Below the pieces are notes generated by a model. That model ran no database searches. It was not told the DNA's origin and saw nothing but the letters and a program-made list of their open reading frames with translations. From positions 248,001 to 312,000 of the forward strand of contig JAAOMT010000071.1 of the NCBI GenBank assembly GCA_016748015.1: DNA of 64,000 nt, read 5' to 3'. The DNA comes from Geosiphon pyriformis uo1 (Eukaryota; Fungi; Glomeromycota). The translations under genes were made by a program, and so were the position numbers. This document shows, piece by piece, positions 34,918-47,200 of this stretch; the first letter of the stretch is position 1; every line of letters starts with the position of its first letter.

Positions 34918-35605
34918 TAACCTTTTTCTTAAGACTGAGCTTCATTAAAGTCCAAGTACTGTCTGTAATTTCTAGATAATAATCTAAAATTATTGAAAAA
35001 ATTTGGTCTGAAAATTGTTGAAATTTCAGTTCTGTGAGCTTTCCAATGTATTGAATCTTCAAAGGTTGTAAAATTGGGTTTTGTAAGATGTTTTCACAGA
35101 TGTAAAATAGGTCATAAAATCTAAGAGCAGTTTTTAGTTTATAATGACTGTTTGTAGATCCAGCTGTTGTCTTGAATTTGTTGTGGAGTTGTTTCCAAAT
35201 AGCTTCTTTTGTGAGGTTTGCTGCTGTAAGCTTCCATTTTTGTTCACGAAGTGTTTTTTCAATATAGAAATATCTATATATTGGAGTATAGTTGTAGTTT
35301 TCTTCATTAAGACACAGTTGAAGTTTTTGTTGAATAGTAGCATTTGGTGGAATACTAATAGGAGTGAGCATTAAGTTTTCTCTTAAAGCAAGCTTTAAAA
35401 GTTCTGGCAGGTGAATTCCAGAATAACTTCTTGTGTTCTTCTTATATGGGTAATATTTTCGTGAATTTGGGGCTAAATTTGTAACTACTTCTGTTTGGGT
35501 ATAATTAATGTGGTTTCCAGTAACAGTAATGGATAATTCGGGTATTGTTTTTAAAGCTAACATTAGTTTTTGGGATAATTGCTGAATGTTTTGAAGAATA
35601 GTCAT
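34886..35605 (-). CDS. A3 ORF3, open 239-aa env-position protein of unknown function
   Basis: ATG-to-stop open frame; homologous to ORF3 of the other five copies; overlaps PPT and U3. Confidence 0.85.
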   Translation of the reverse strand: MTILQNIQQLSQKLMLALKTIPELSITVTGNHINYTQTEVVTNLAPNSRKYYPYKKNTRSYSGIHLPELLKLALRENLMLTPISIPPNATIQQKLQLCLNEENYNYTPIYRYFYIEKTLREQKWKLTAANLTKEAIWKQLHNKFKTTAGSTNSHYKLKTALRFYDLFYICENILQNPILQPLKIQYIGKLTELKFQQFSDQIFSIILDYYLEITDSTWTLMKLSLKKKVMLSDEIRDII

Positions 35606-35727
35606 TATAAGATATTTGAAAATAAAAGAAAATTATTTTTGATGTATGGGTTTTTATGTTATTTTTGCTTTGTTTTTGTGAGATTGTTTCTAAATTATAA
35701 GAAGATAACTATAATAATAAATTTAAG

Positions 35728-37113
35728 TTAAGTGTTCAAGTTGGAAGGTTGTTCAATAACAACTATTGGTTCTAAATTTCAGAAAATATCTTTGGAATTG
35801 ATTAAAAGGGAATGTATACCAATTTGTGGAATTAATAGTTCAGAATTGTTTCTGGAATTATAGTGTTTCAAACGATCTCCATGTGCAACTTTTGTTAGGA
35901 TTTTGTCATCAAGTCTTAGTTTGTATGATCTATTGCCTAGGACTTTATAGATAAAGAATGGTCCCTTCCATTTATTTTCAAATTTTCTATTCCATTGTTT
36001 TTCAGCTTTAGTTCTGTGTAAGAGAACTTTGTTTCCAATTTTAAATTCATTGGTAACTGGAGGCAATTTGTTGTCATGCTATTCTTTTTGTTGAGCTTGG
36101 GAGTGTTTAATATGGGTGGCTGCTATTTGTCGTTTTCCTTCTAATGTGCTAAGCAGAGTATAGGTTCTTTGTTGTAGTGTTTCCTGAAAGTTGTCTTTAT
36201 TAATTGGTTGTACTGGATATGTTTCCATTGTGAAACTAATTGGTAATGTTGCTGTCTTTCCGTAGGTTAGATCAAATGGTGTGTGTTTTGTGGTATCTTG
36301 TTTTAGTGTTCTATATACTAGTAACACTGATGGAATAAAGAGATCTCATTCTTGCTCAAAATTGGTTGAGACTTTGGCTAATGATTCACACAATGTTCTG
36401 TTAAAACGTTCTATAAATCCATTTGTTTGTAAATGGTAGGGCGAAGATAATGGTCTCTTGACATTAAATCGTCCACAAATTTTCTGGATTAAATTGTTCA
36501 CGAAATGTGTTCCTTGATCAGATAAAAGTTCTATTGGGCATCCATGTTTACAAATAATGTCTTCGTAGATAAAGTTTGCTACTGATTTTGCATCTGTTCA
36601 TTGAATGGCTCTGGCTTCAGGCCATTTGGTGAGATAGTTTACAGCTACTGCAATATAATGGTTTTTTTGGTTTGTGATAGGTAGTGGTCCAACTAAATTG
36701 ATACCAACTCGGTCAAAAGGCTGTCCAACTTTAATTTGGTTTAAAGGTTCTGTAGAGCAAGTTCCTTTTCTTCTTTGACAACTATCACAAGACTTAACAT
36801 ATTCATGAATGTCTTTTCTTATTTGAGGCCAAAAGTAATATTCTAGTGTTCTCTGGGTGGTGCTGTCTTTTTCTAGGTGTGCTGATGAAAGGTTTAAATA
36901 CATATTATATAAAATGGTTTTTTTTTCATGTTCTTGTATTAATCTGAGTGGATTGTCTGGATTTCTGAAGTTTTGATAATAAATCATGTTGTTGTGTAAG
37001 AAGTATTGTTTGGGTTGTTGTTGTAACTGATGTTTTTTATCTGAGGACCAATCTGTTGGGATTGTTAATGTCTCCAAATATTGTTTAAGATTGTTGTAAT
37101 TTTCGGGGTTCAT
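35728..37113 (-). pseudogene. int: A3 stand-alone integrase (461 codons), disrupted
   Basis: MNPENY; CDSC; GINLVGPLP; SDQGTHF; KWKGPFF; LEPIVVIEQ. Confidence 0.93.
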
Positions 37114-37148
37114 TGTTTGTTAATTCAAATGGATATTGGTTTTGTATT

Positions 37149-40100
37149 CTAATTTTGCCTCATTCTTGAAAGACAATCAATGTTGGTATGAAGTTTTCCT
37201 GGTTTGTAGTGTATAATATATTGGTAGTTGGCTAAAAATCCTGTCCATCGGGTTTGTTTGGCATTCAGCTGAGTGTTTTTATTTTGAAGCCATTTGAGTT
37301 CAATATTATCAGTGATAATGTCAAATTCTTTAGGCCTAAGATAAAGGTTGAAGTGGTGTAAGGCCCAAATTATGGCTGCTGTTTCTAGTTCTGTGGCAGG
37401 GTAGTTTTTCTCAACTGGTTTTAATGTTCTGTTAGCATAAGTGATTACTCGCTTATTTTTATCTAATTGTGATAAGATGACACCAAAGGCAGTGTAAAAA
37501 ACGTCTGTAGCTAGCCAAAATCAGTTACTGAAGTCTAAATAGACAAGAATTGAAGCTATTGTCAGCTTTTCCTTGAGAATTTCAAAAGCTTTTTGGTGTT
37601 TTTCTGTCTATTTGTATTTGACATTTTTAGTAGTGAACTGGTTGAAGGGTTTTGTAATTTCTGAGAATCCTTTAATAAATTTTCGGTAATAAGATGCTAA
37701 TCCAATAAATCCTCTTAATTCTGTGGTATTTCATGGAGTCTTGAAGTTTTTGACAGTGCTAATTTTTCCAGAGTCTGGTTTAATTCCATCTTGGCTAACA
37801 ATGTGACCAAGAAAGGCCAAACTCATTTTTCTGAAGTAGCATTTTTCGATGTTCAGTTTCAATTCTGCTTTCTGTAATTGTTGAAAAACTTTGTGCAGAT
37901 GTTTTAAGTGTAATTCAAAAGATGGTGAATAAACATCAGTATCATCGAAATAGACAACTACTGATTTCCAAAGGAGGTCTTTGTAAACAACATCTATGAG
38001 TCTTTGGAATGTTGCTAATGCATTGCATAATCTGAAAGGCATTACATTGAACTCGTAATTTCCTCCTTGAGTAATAAATGCTGTTTTGGGACAATCTTTG
38101 GGATTCATGACAACTTGCCAGTATCCACTCTCTAAATCTAATGTTGAAAAGTATTTGGACTTCCCAAGAGCATCTAGCATGTCATCAATTCAGGGAAGAG
38201 GGTAGGCATCTCCAATGGTAACACTGTTGAGTTGTCAATAATCAACACAAAATTGTATCTTTCCATTTTTTTTTTAACTAAGACCACAGGTGAAATCTAT
38301 GAACTCATTGATAGTTGAATAAGTCCATTGTTGAGCATCCGTTGTACTTCTTTGCAGATAAATTGGTGACTTTCTGGAGCAATTCAGTAGGCTTGCTGTC
38401 ATCTTGGTTTGGCATCTCCTATATAGATTTGGTGTTAAACCAAATCAGTTCTTCTTAAGTCATTGTTGTTTTTGGCAAAGATATTGGCAAATTCTGCAAT
38501 TAGCTCTTTGAACTGGTTTTGTTGTTGTGATTCAAGTTGTCTCATGTTGATTCGAGATAGTTTTTCCATGACAACATGGTAGTTTTCAGAACTGGGGTTT
38601 GGGTTGATTTTTGGTAGTGAATGTCTAATAATTTCTGAAAAATTGGGAATTATTTAGGGTAGTTTTTGTTGAAAGATATTACTATGAATAACTCCAATTT
38701 CTAAGTTATTTAATAAAACTATGGGGAAATTGTTGGGATTGTAAAAAGTAACTTGGATTTTCTTTGTTCCTTCTGGAATATAAATGTTTGGGATCAAGAT
38801 ATTATGTTCCAAGCAGATTTGTTTGTTGGACTCAAAAATTTGTTGTGTGGTTGTTGGCTTTTCACAAGTGTAAATTTCAGGGTGTTCTCCAAAGGGTGAA
38901 ATGGTAATTGGTTGTGGAAGTCATAAAATCTGGTGAGATTTTTTCTGTTTGTTAAGGGCTATGTTTACTGGAACTGTGAATTGTTCAGTTGAATCAAAAC
39001 CTTGGATTCCTCTTTTACTTTTTCCCAATAGTTTTCTTTGATTAACTAATTGTAAACCCAAAATGTTGATTAAAGGTAAATAAATGGCTTGGGCAATTTT
39101 CTTGGCATGTTCAATCTTAAATGGCTTGTCAGTTTTGTTATAGAGTATTACTGTTATGTCACCAGTATATCTAGTGTCGATTATTCCTCCTCTGACATTG
39201 ATTCCTTTGCTTGCCAGAAAAGACCAGGAGGTGATTTAAATCATTGCTCCTGGTGGGATTTTGAGAGCAATTTTGAGGTTGATTTTTGTGAGAGATTTGG
39301 GTTTAAGAACAAGAGTATCCTTGTCTAGATATCTTAGGTCATATCCAGCATTAATTTCATGTGCTTTTTCAGGTTTTATTTCTTGTCCATTGTTGTTGAA
39401 GTATTTGAGTTATAAGACAGGCTGATTTTCGATGAGATAGATAGGTGTTGTTTCAATTTCTTTTGTTGCTTCAGGTTCTCCAAATTCAATTTCATATTCA
39501 TCACTTTTGCTGGGCAAAGGAATGCTAAGAGCATAGTATTCAGAACACTATTGTTCATTACAAGGCATTATGCATTCCTTACATAATTTAATGTTCATTT
39601 GTTCTAACCATTGAGCTTGAGCTTCTTTAGTCAGGTAGGTGTGACTTGTGATTTGATGGTACACTTTTACTTCATCTTTATAATCGAATCTAGCTAATTC
39701 CATAGTGTATTTAATGTATTCTGCTTCTTTCATTTGACAAATATTTTCTTTGGTAACTCTATTAACTAATGCCATTGCTAGGTTGAAAATCATCTCAGCA
39801 TCATGGGGGTAGTGATAAAGTTTGTTGAGAGCATTGTTGTATGTTGCATCAAAAGGTGTTCCTCTTTTGACTTTTTCGGAAATTGATAAAACATATTGGC
39901 AGGTTTAATCGCAGACTTCTCCTCTCATTACTACATCAATCCAATTGTATTCTTCTAATAGCATATCTCTACAAGTCAAACAAGGAGTGTTGTTCCATTT
40001 TCTGCTTCTTTTTATTAGATGGCCTCATCATTCTCTGTGGCAAGCCTTGCAGTAATAACAAGTATGATTTTCATATTCTTCTTCAGGTGAAATGTAGGCT

Positions 40101-42770
40101 CCCATTGAGGAGAGTTTCTTGTGGCAGTCCTTGCATTTGAGTGGAATGTAAGGATATCATTTTTTTGGTTCTGGTTTAGAATATGGGATGTTCCATCTAA
40201 GGGTTTCTGGTTCCTCTGAATATGAGTTTGTTGCAAAATATGTTTGTTTAGTTTCTTCAGCCCAGTTAGATGTTGATTCAATTGCCATAAATGTTTCGAC
40301 TACAAACTTTTTTTCCTTTTCTTCAAATTCGAAGACAGAGGCTTTCTCTAATTGTTTGTTGAATGTACCACAAGTAGCAGGTATTCGGACATGTCGTTCT
40401 TAATAGGAGAGTTGTAATTCTTGGGTTTTCCAGTCTAATTTTGCATTGGCTTTTTGGAGCCAATCATTTCCAACAAGGGCTTGATACTGGGGCATGTCCA
40501 TTACAAGAACTTTGACTGGAATGATGATTCCATCAAAAGTGAACAGAAAATTGTCAATTTCTCCTACTGGAGTCTTTTTTATGTCATTGGCAGTGATGAT
40601 TACTGTTTGAGCTAGTCGGTTGACATTTCTCTTTAACTGTTGCATTAACTGATAGGTGATAATGCTTTCAGTAGATCCATTGTCTAAGATCAAGTGAATT
40701 GCCTTTTTTTCAACTTCTGCTTCAGTGTACATAGCAGTGATTGCTTTTTGTTCATTGGTGGCTGTATTGCTAAGCAGAAATGGTGACTCATTTGCTTTGA
40801 ACTCAAAAGGGAATATATTTGAAAGGTTGGCGTTTTCAGCAATTCTGGCTGGTGGGATTGTGGTAGGAGTATAGGAAAGGTTTTGTTGTCATGCTGCAGC
40901 TCTACTTTCCAAGAGTGCAGTATAGTAAAAATTCTGTTTTTCAGATATTGTAAGATATCTAGATTGAGTATGATAATGGGTAGATCTTGGCTAAGCTGGA
41001 TTTCAGGGAACTAATTGGTTATTTGGATTGATTCTGTTGTTGTTTGTTGTGAATCAGTTTTGTGGTACAAATTGGTTTTGTTGAACCAATCTTCAAGCAG
41101 GTACTTGGTAATGTTGAATGAGTTGTCGATACTGTTGTTGCATTGGCTGTGGAGCAGGTTGATAGTAGTCAGTTTGATATTGTGGTCTTGGTGGATTGTA
41201 AACTAGTGGTAGTGGTAGTTGGTAATAAGATTGTTGTGGTGAAAGATAATGTTGATTACTCCTATTCTGTTGGTTTCATTGTAGCTTCCTGCAATTTCTT
41301 TTCCAGTGGCCAGGAATTCCATAGTAATGGCAATTCTGAGGCTGGTTATTAGAGGATGATGTAAAATTGTTTTGATTCCGTCTTTGGGGTGGTTGATATC
41401 TTTGGAGTTGCTATTGTTGTTGGTTGGTGAAATAGTTTTTGACTTTTTTTGAGAGTTGGTCAATTTTCTCTTCAGCTGCTAAGCTGGTTTCTCCAATAGC
41501 TAAGTTCACAAGTTTTGTATGATTGGCTTCTTCCATGGCCATTTCATATCTCTTTGCATGCTGAATGGCAGAGTTTAAATCTTCTGGGGCATGTGGGTGA
41601 ACTTTTTTAATCAGTTTATCCTTTAAACCAGTGATAAATTAATCCAAGATTTGAGCATCAGAATAATAATCATTAGTTTCAAGTTGGCAAATTTGTCTGA
41701 GAAGTTTGTTGAATTTCTCAATATAAGTCATGACAGATTTAGAGGGTTCTTGTTTGATATTGCGAAAACAATTTTGAAGTGTGATTGAGGTGTTGTTATC
41801 AGTGAATTGTTCTAAGAAGGCAGTTTTGAAAACTGTCCAGTCATTAAAAGGGGTGGTTAAGTTTTCGAACCATTTGCCTGCTGTTCCTTTGAGAAAGTAG
41901 GAAATTGTTCTTAACATTCTGGCAGCATTCCATCTATTTGCATCTCCAGCTTTAGTAACTTGGTTGAGCCATTCTTGGGGACTGGTCTCAATGTCTTCTC
42001 CATTAAATTCAGAGATTTTTGTGATGTATGCTGTTATTTTGTTTTCTTCATTTTCACTGTCTATTGATTCTTCTTCAGATATTTCAGAGTCGTTTTCTTC
42101 GCTTACTACTGTCTCAGAGTGTTCACTTCGATTTTCAGCTAGAAAGTCAAGGAGATTGGAACTAGTTTGAAGGGGTTCTTGTTGTCTGGTAAGACTTTTA
42201 GGTGATGTAAAATCTTCTAGTCTTGCAAATCAATTTAAGGGTGAGTTAGGTGTTTGTGCTTGTGCAAGTGAAGCTAGAAAAGATGTGATAGTAAGTGGAA
42301 GTTTTGAACTGGTTCCTTGTTTAGGTGTTTGTAAGTGTTTGGCAGTTGTTTTTGGTAGTATTAGGAGTATTTGGGGTGGTTTTTGAGTATTGCTTCAATT
42401 TTTGTTTGCCTTTGTTGCTTGTTTTTGTCTCTGATTCAAAATCAATAGAGTATTGAGACTGCACTGGATATGTTTTTTCACAGTACTTGATAATGTTAAA
42501 ATTAAGTTCTTGAAAGTAAGTGGCAAGTGTTTCACTATTAAGGTCTTCAGTTCCCAACTGTGAATAGTGTACTAAATTATTGTAAAGGTTGCTTCTAACT
42601 TCTGAAATATTGTAATTTCCAAAAAGATAATTGTTGATGCAGTTTTCAATGTATTGATATACTGATTTCTTGACAATTTCAATTCCATCTGGAATGTTAA
42701 ATCTTTGTTTGCAGTGGGTGTAAATTGACTGGTAATACTCTAGAGTTATTGCATCTGGTGTGGTTACCAC
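37149..42770 (-). pseudogene. gag-pol: A3 Gag-PR-Cys-rich-dUTPase-RT-RNase H polyprotein, disrupted
   Basis: GTG at 42770; ILDNGSTESII; LDLESGYWQV; YFDD; SRMRQN-stop at 37149-37151. Confidence 0.94.
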
Positions 42771-42815
42771 TTTGAAGTTGTTTTTGCTGTGTTGTTTCCG
42801 TAGAAGAGCACCAAA

Positions 42816-43794
42816 TATTACTGGAGGTTTTTGGTCTCTTTTTAGCTCTTATATGTTTGTTGTAATGTTGTTAATTCATGACTATGGAAAGTGTTTGAAT
42901 CTCCGATAACTGAATTTTATCTTCAAATTATCTCCTATAATTTGAATGACTGGGCTTATAAGTGGAATGACCAATTCCATACCAGTTACTTGTGTAGTTA
43001 TGTTGTAGTAAATGTCAACTCTTTTCCAAGAATTGCTCATCTGGAAGCTCACTAAAAATGTGTAGTTACTTTGCTGTGAAAGTCAACTCTTCTACAGGAA
43101 TCTTGTTTGTAGGCTACCCTAATGATTGTAATAAAAAAATAAAAATAAAAATAAAAGAAATATAAAAGAAATAGGTTTTTATTAAGGGAATGTTTTCTAT
43201 CCAGGCCTGGAGTCACTAACAGTTTACTGAAATTGGTAGCTAATCAATTTCAAAATGTTAGTTGGGTTTTGATGATTTTTTAAATGCAATAATTAAAGAA
43301 TTTGGTTTTTCGAATTATTTGATATTTATTTCTTTTTGTATGTGTAGGAATGATTCTAAGTGATAAATCTAAAGTAAGATATATTTTCTCGAAGAAAAAA
43401 GCTCTTCTTTTATACAACTTGTTGTAACACTATTTCATGAACTTGAACTTTGCTCTTTTCTACAATTTTGCTGAACTAAAGATACATTTTGGCAAACTAC
43501 AAATTATTTCTGCAAACTATTAGATATTTCAGTGAACTATCAATTATTTTGGCAAATTTCTACAAATTTCAGCAAACTTTTGAATATTACATATTTCGAG
43601 GTATTGCATAATTGATCATTGCAATTAGGTTACATTTGTGTTATGTACAAATTGGGTTATTAATTAAATGATAATTTTGGATATTTTGCTAATGTAATAA
43701 GTGATAATTTAAAATGATAATATATGCTAATTAATGATAGGAATTATAAAAATAATTTCATGCTAAATAATATCTCTAATTTCATCTGGTAACA
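42816..43794 (-). repeat. A3 5' LTR
   Basis: Followed by TT + PBS TGGTGCTCTTCTACGG. Confidence 0.95.
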
Positions 43795-44249
43795 CTGTTG
43801 TCTTTACTGGTAATTGTTAATGGTCCAACTAAGTCAATTTCGATATGATCGAATAGTTGTCCTACTTTAATTGGTCTTAATGGTTTACTGGGTTTTGTTT
43901 CTCTTCTTCTCTGACAAGCATCACAATTTTGAACATATTGGATGATGTCTGGATACATTGATGGCCAATAATATCTTTTTCTGGTTTTTTCTATGGTTGC
44001 TTTTTTATGAAAATATCTTGCTGTTAGATTTGAGTGCATGTTGAATAATATTGTCTCTTTCTCTGGTTCTGTGATTACTTTGGTTGGTTGATCTGGATTT
44101 CTTCTGTTCTTCTGGTAAAGTATATTTTGATGGTTGATAAAATATTTTGATTGTTGTTTTATGTTCTTTTGTTCCTGTTGAGATAATTTCTCCTTGAACA
44201 ATTAGGTATTTATATAATATTGGAGTTGTTGATATTTTTGTATATTTAT
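43795..44249 (-). pseudogene. int: B2 integrase N-terminal part
   Basis: Start decayed to ATA at 44249; MHSNLTARYF..CDAC; IDLVGPL. Confidence 0.9.
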
Positions 44250-44280
44250 CTTTTGTTATATTTTTGGGTTGAAATGTTTT

Positions 44281-47200
44281 TTAAATTTGTCTTATTCACA
44301 ACAATCTGTTGGCATTTCTATTTTTTTTTCCTTTTTATAATGTACTGTATAATTAAATGGTGAAAGTTCTATTTTTTATCTGACATGGCAATTATTTCCA
44401 AATTTTTGTTTCTGAATTGAAGTCAATCTTTTGTGATCAGTATATATGTCAAACTTCTGACTCAAATATTCTTTCTATTTGATGACAGCCCAATAGATAG
44501 CTAAGTGTTCTAGTGTTGAAGTTTCATAGTTCTTTTTAGCTGGATTTAAGCTTCTATTGGTATAAACTACTGGATGCTCTTTTTTATCTGGTTTTCTTTG
44601 CAATAGTACTGCTCCCAATGCTTGACTAGATGCATTGGTTGTTATTATGAATGACTTGCTATAATCTGAATAGATCAATACTAGGGCTTGAATAAACTTT
44701 CTTCTTAATGTATCAAAAGCTTTTTGTTGAGTTTCAGTCCATTCATATTTGGTGTTCTTTGTTTAAAGTTGGTGTAATGGTTGAGCTATTTTGGAAAAAT
44801 CTTTGATAAAGTGATGATAGTATTCCACAAATCCCAAGAATGCTCTTAATTTGGTGAGATTATTTGGTACTAGAAAGTTCTTAACAATCTCTAGCTTGTT
44901 TGGATCTGTTTTAATACCATTTTTGCTTACTACATGTTCCAAAAACTTGAGTTCTGTTTTGTCAAAGAAGCACTTATTTGCGTTTAATTTCAATCCTGCT
45001 TATCTGAGTCTTTTAAATACTTGTTGGAAATAATGTAGATGATTATCAAATGTTTTGAAAAACACATTGGTATCATCTAAGTAAACAATTATTGATTTCT
45101 ACAGTAGTCCAGTATAGACAATTTTCATAAGCCATTGGAATGTTGCTGAAGCATTTATCAAGCCAAATGGCATGACTTTAAACTCAAAATTCTTTTTTTA
45201 TATTGTGAAAGCTGTTTTCTCTTTGTTTTCTGGTTTTATGGCTACTTGCCAGTAATTACTGTCTAAGTCTAAAGTCGAGAACCATTTCTTTTCTCCAAAA
45301 GCATCAAACAGCTCTTGGATCTTTGGTGTTGGATAGCTATCACTTTTAGTTACTCCATTTAGTTTATGGTAATCCACACAGAAGCAGATTTTCCCATTTT
45401 TCTTATGGACTAGTACTACTGATAATAATTATGGGCTTATTAATGGCTGAATTAGTCCATTTTCAAGCATTCAATTAATTTCTTGATGAATGATTTTATG
45501 GTTGGCTGGCAGTACTCTGTATGTTCTTTGTTTAATTGGCATTGTATCTTCAGTCTTAATTTGATGCTGAATTATATCAGTTCTGCCAAATTCATTTTCA
45601 CTTGCAAAGATATTATTGAAGTTGTTGAGTAACATTCTAAGTTGCATTCATTGAAATGGGTTTAAGTTTCCCAAGTTCATCTGTTCTAATTGTTCTGGTT
45701 GGAGCAGATAACATTCTTCTCATCCATAGATTGTTTGTAATGTAATATCTACATATCCACACAATTGTGAAAAGTCTGGAATGGAGTTTGGTGGTTGTTC
45801 TTCAATTTCAATAGTTAAATATTCAATGGTGGTTTCTTCTGGTATCTTCATGATGTTTTCCATGTTGTTGTAAATAAGGATTTAAATATAACCATAATTC
45901 TTGGCTAGTATGTGTAAATTAATTAATCTAATCTCTCCTGATTCACAAAGTTGTGCTTCTGTCTCAAACATTTGAATCTGATCCTTCATTTTTCTCTCTA
46001 TAGTTACTATGTACTAATTATATGGTGGAATGGAAATTAATTGACAAATAGAGATAATTTTTTTCTTGTCAATAATCTCTTCTTCTGCCATATTGACTGG
46101 TATATCTATTCTACCTGTGGACCCAAATCTTTGTATCCCTCTTGCTATTATTCCTAATTTTTTCCTGTTTCTCACTAATACTAGTTAAGCTACTTTAACC
46201 AGAGGTAGGAATATTGCCTGTGCTATCTTTTTATTTGGATCTATGATATATGCCTTTTCTGAATCATTTTGTAGCATAGCAATAATATTTTTTATGTATT
46301 CTGTATCAATTATTCTTCTTCTGATGTTGATTTCTTTTTTGGCTAAGCTATTCCTAAATGCTAACTGAACTATTGTTGTTGCTGAAATTTTTAGTGCTAT
46401 TTTGAGATCAATACAGATGTGTAAATAGAGTTCCAATTTGATGGGATCTTTTTCTGGATATCTCAGATTAAACTTTGCATCAGTATCATGTGCATATTCT
46501 GGCATAATACCTTTATTATTATTGCTAAACCATTTAAGTTTTTGTTTCTTGGTGAGGTCAGGAAGTGCGATAAATGTTTTGGAATTTAAATTGTAGCCCA
46601 AATTATTGTTATTTCTGTTGTCATTTTGAGCAGAGCTGGAATCATTGTTTTCATCATTGTCGTTGTTGGAGTTTGAATTGGGATTGAAAATTGATTCCGA
46701 TTCTAATACACAGTTGTTGATTGGCTTGTTTTCCTCTGAAATCATGTAGATCATGCATGGTGGGGAATTATAGATGAGATCACACTTATTACAATACTAG
46801 AAGTCACATGGGATCAAACAATGGTTACATAATCAGATGTTTATTTCTTTTAAGCACTGTTTCTGTTTTTCTTTGGTTGGTGCCAAATTTTAATAGTGCT
46901 TATGAAATTTTTCTGGGCCTGTTTCCAGGTCCAGGAAAACATCTGAGTTGGGAATCAGAACAATATTGACTGGTTCTAGAGGGTTGTTCTTGATTTCTAA
47001 TATTTCACTAGACATAACATCTTCTACTTTGGCATTTACCATTCGCCAAATCTCATCTTTGTCATGTGAGTAACTGTTCAAACAAGAGATTGCTTGGTGC
47101 CAGGTGGCAGTAATAGGCATTCCACAACTTACCTAGTCACTGATGAGAATTGTTTATTGGCATGAAGTGTTGTATGTTTCTTTTCATCCAGGAATGTCAT

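Larger units (their letters stand above)
33939..43794 (-). mobile_element. Full-length gypsy copy A3 inserted in B2 integrase
   Basis: LTRs 33939-34917 and 42816-43794 (both 979 bp); perfect 4-bp TSD CTGT at 33935-33938 and 43795-43798. Confidence 0.97.

Noticed and set aside
34886-35605. Calling ORF3 an envelope glycoprotein
   Set aside because: No visible signal peptide, transmembrane anchor or furin/fusion motif, and too short.
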